DNA of 64,000 bases from Octopus vulgaris (Eukaryota), in contig OX597815.1 in assembly GCA_951406725.2 (NCBI GenBank), forward strand, positions 122,264,001 through 122,328,000, read 5' to 3'. The notes beneath the pieces were generated by a model. It ran no database searches. It was not told the DNA's origin and saw only the letters and a program-made list of their open reading frames with translations. Positions within the stretch are counted from its first letter, which is position 1. The number at the start of each line of letters is the position of its first letter. The position numbers and the translations under genes were made by a program. Positions 1-64,000 of this stretch are shown here, in pieces.

Positions 1-1646
1 GTATTCATTACAACCTGCCTATCCATTTCCTGGTGCCTCTATCTTGCCTGTGCATTCATCTGATTAGAGGGGATTATGTGGTGAGTCAGTTTCATAAAGT
101 TAGTATTGCAAGAAGTTAGTATCATCATCATCAATTAATGTCTGTTGTCTATGCTGACATGGGTTAGATGGTCTGACAAGAGCTGGCAAGCTGGATAGCT
201 GCACCAGACTCCAGTCTGATTTGGCATGGTTTCTAATTTCAACCACTTTACAAAGTGTGCTGGGTGTTTTTATGTGGCACCACCACGAGTGTTTTTCACT
301 ACCAGAGCAACCAGTCTTAGCATTTCTGCTGCAGAGTATTGGTCTTCTTGAATACAATAAGGCCCCAGACATCTTGGTACTTTGTCATCTTACCCGAAAG
401 GTTCAGCATCCTGTTACATAGAATTCAAACAGCATTCATCCCCCTTCATTCATTGAACCATATCCATAGCTTCTATGTTTGTCTGAGTAGCTATCTTGAT
501 AAACCCAACATTCCAATAATTGTAGTCTCTAGCCATGATAATGAAGTCACTGTTATTTATTATAGAGGTAGCTCTCATAGAAATGGTCCTTTTGCTTATT
601 TGTTAGTCCTGGTAGAAGTAAATATGAAGAAATTATTATTGTTGTGTTGCAATGACTAATCTAAGCTTAATTATTCTGCTTCATACTCTGACTATATTAA
701 GTATTGTATCCATTTCTTGGCCATCAATATGCCTATTCCACACACTTTAGTGCTGTTACCAAGCCAGGAGCATTTGTATCTATGATCTTTGCTTATGAAG
801 AGTCTAGTTGAGGCTCTTCTCCATCGTAAACATCAACTTATTTTTGATCAAGCATCTCCACAATTTCTCAAGTCCTACCTTTCATCTGCTAACACTTGCA
901 GCAAAATGATTGGCAAGAACTGTAATTCTTTTAACAATACTTTCTAATAACTGTCAGCCTACAAGAGTAGGAGTAAAGGAATGTTAAAATATGTTTAAAA
1001 TTTGGCTCAATTTTACAAACTAATTCATGTTTTGATTTAAATTTTCACAAACCATTTTCTCTGAGAAATCATTCCAGTCATTATCAGGAATTAATATGAG
1101 AATGTTGAAGGAAATTACACAAAAAATGTAACGCTTCAAAGTACAGAAGACTATGAAAATAGCAATTCAGAAGTTTAGATGTACTAAAATTTTCGCAAAT
1201 AAATAATTAGATTTTTCTATTTCATATAAAAAATTTTGTATACTATATAACACTGACACTCAGATTTAGTGATGGAGTAAGACCAGTGCACACTTCTCCA
1301 TATAAGGGAAGCAGCTAAAATTGTAAAATGCAGGACTAAATACCATTCTTTAGTTCTATGAATTTATATTTTCAAGTTGAAATCCTACCATATACAATGC
1401 ATATTTCATGTCTCTAAGATCAATAAGTAAGTATTCAGAACATGCTAGTCTTGGTTTAATATACTCTACTCTAATATTTGTATTCTGGAGATAACCGAAC
1501 CAAAATAGTTAGTGTAAAATTACAGTGAGAGATATTATAATTTAGGATGTATTCAGAAAAACAATGAAATACCAAATAACAGCAACATATCTCTTTTAGA
1601 AGCATATAATGAAAACGTATTTCTTACCAAATATAATGGTACTCAC

Positions 1647-64000
<62,354 letters not shown>

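Overview
AT-rich, intron-containing eukaryotic DNA with dense (AT/ACAT)n microsatellites. The SINE types suggest an octopus or other coleoid cephalopod (inference). The window is dominated by an internal part of one giant minus-strand titin/twitchin-like gene. I traced 58 exons of 294-306 nt, each encoding one intracellular titin-type fibronectin type III (Fn3) domain (~17.6 kb CDS, ~5,870 aa). The 57 complete exons are AG..GT and phase 1-1; exon 1 is cut by the window edge. Exons are numbered in transcription order. No Ig domain is seen in the array. The domains form a strict 3-domain unit, grouped into a 9-domain super-repeat (exons 1-30) that switches to a 6-domain super-repeat (~exons 32-55). 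The one very large intron (1953-14574) holds a 200-codon Tyr/Gln/His/Ser-rich ORF in the gene's phase, two head-to-head near-intact CR1-type LINEs inside a microsatellite field, and a 64-bp palindrome. Other introns carry an RTE LINE fragment, a Helitron, mariner remnants, SINEs and a long hairpin. Coordinates were read by eye; exon edges are checked by frame, repeat edges are approximate.
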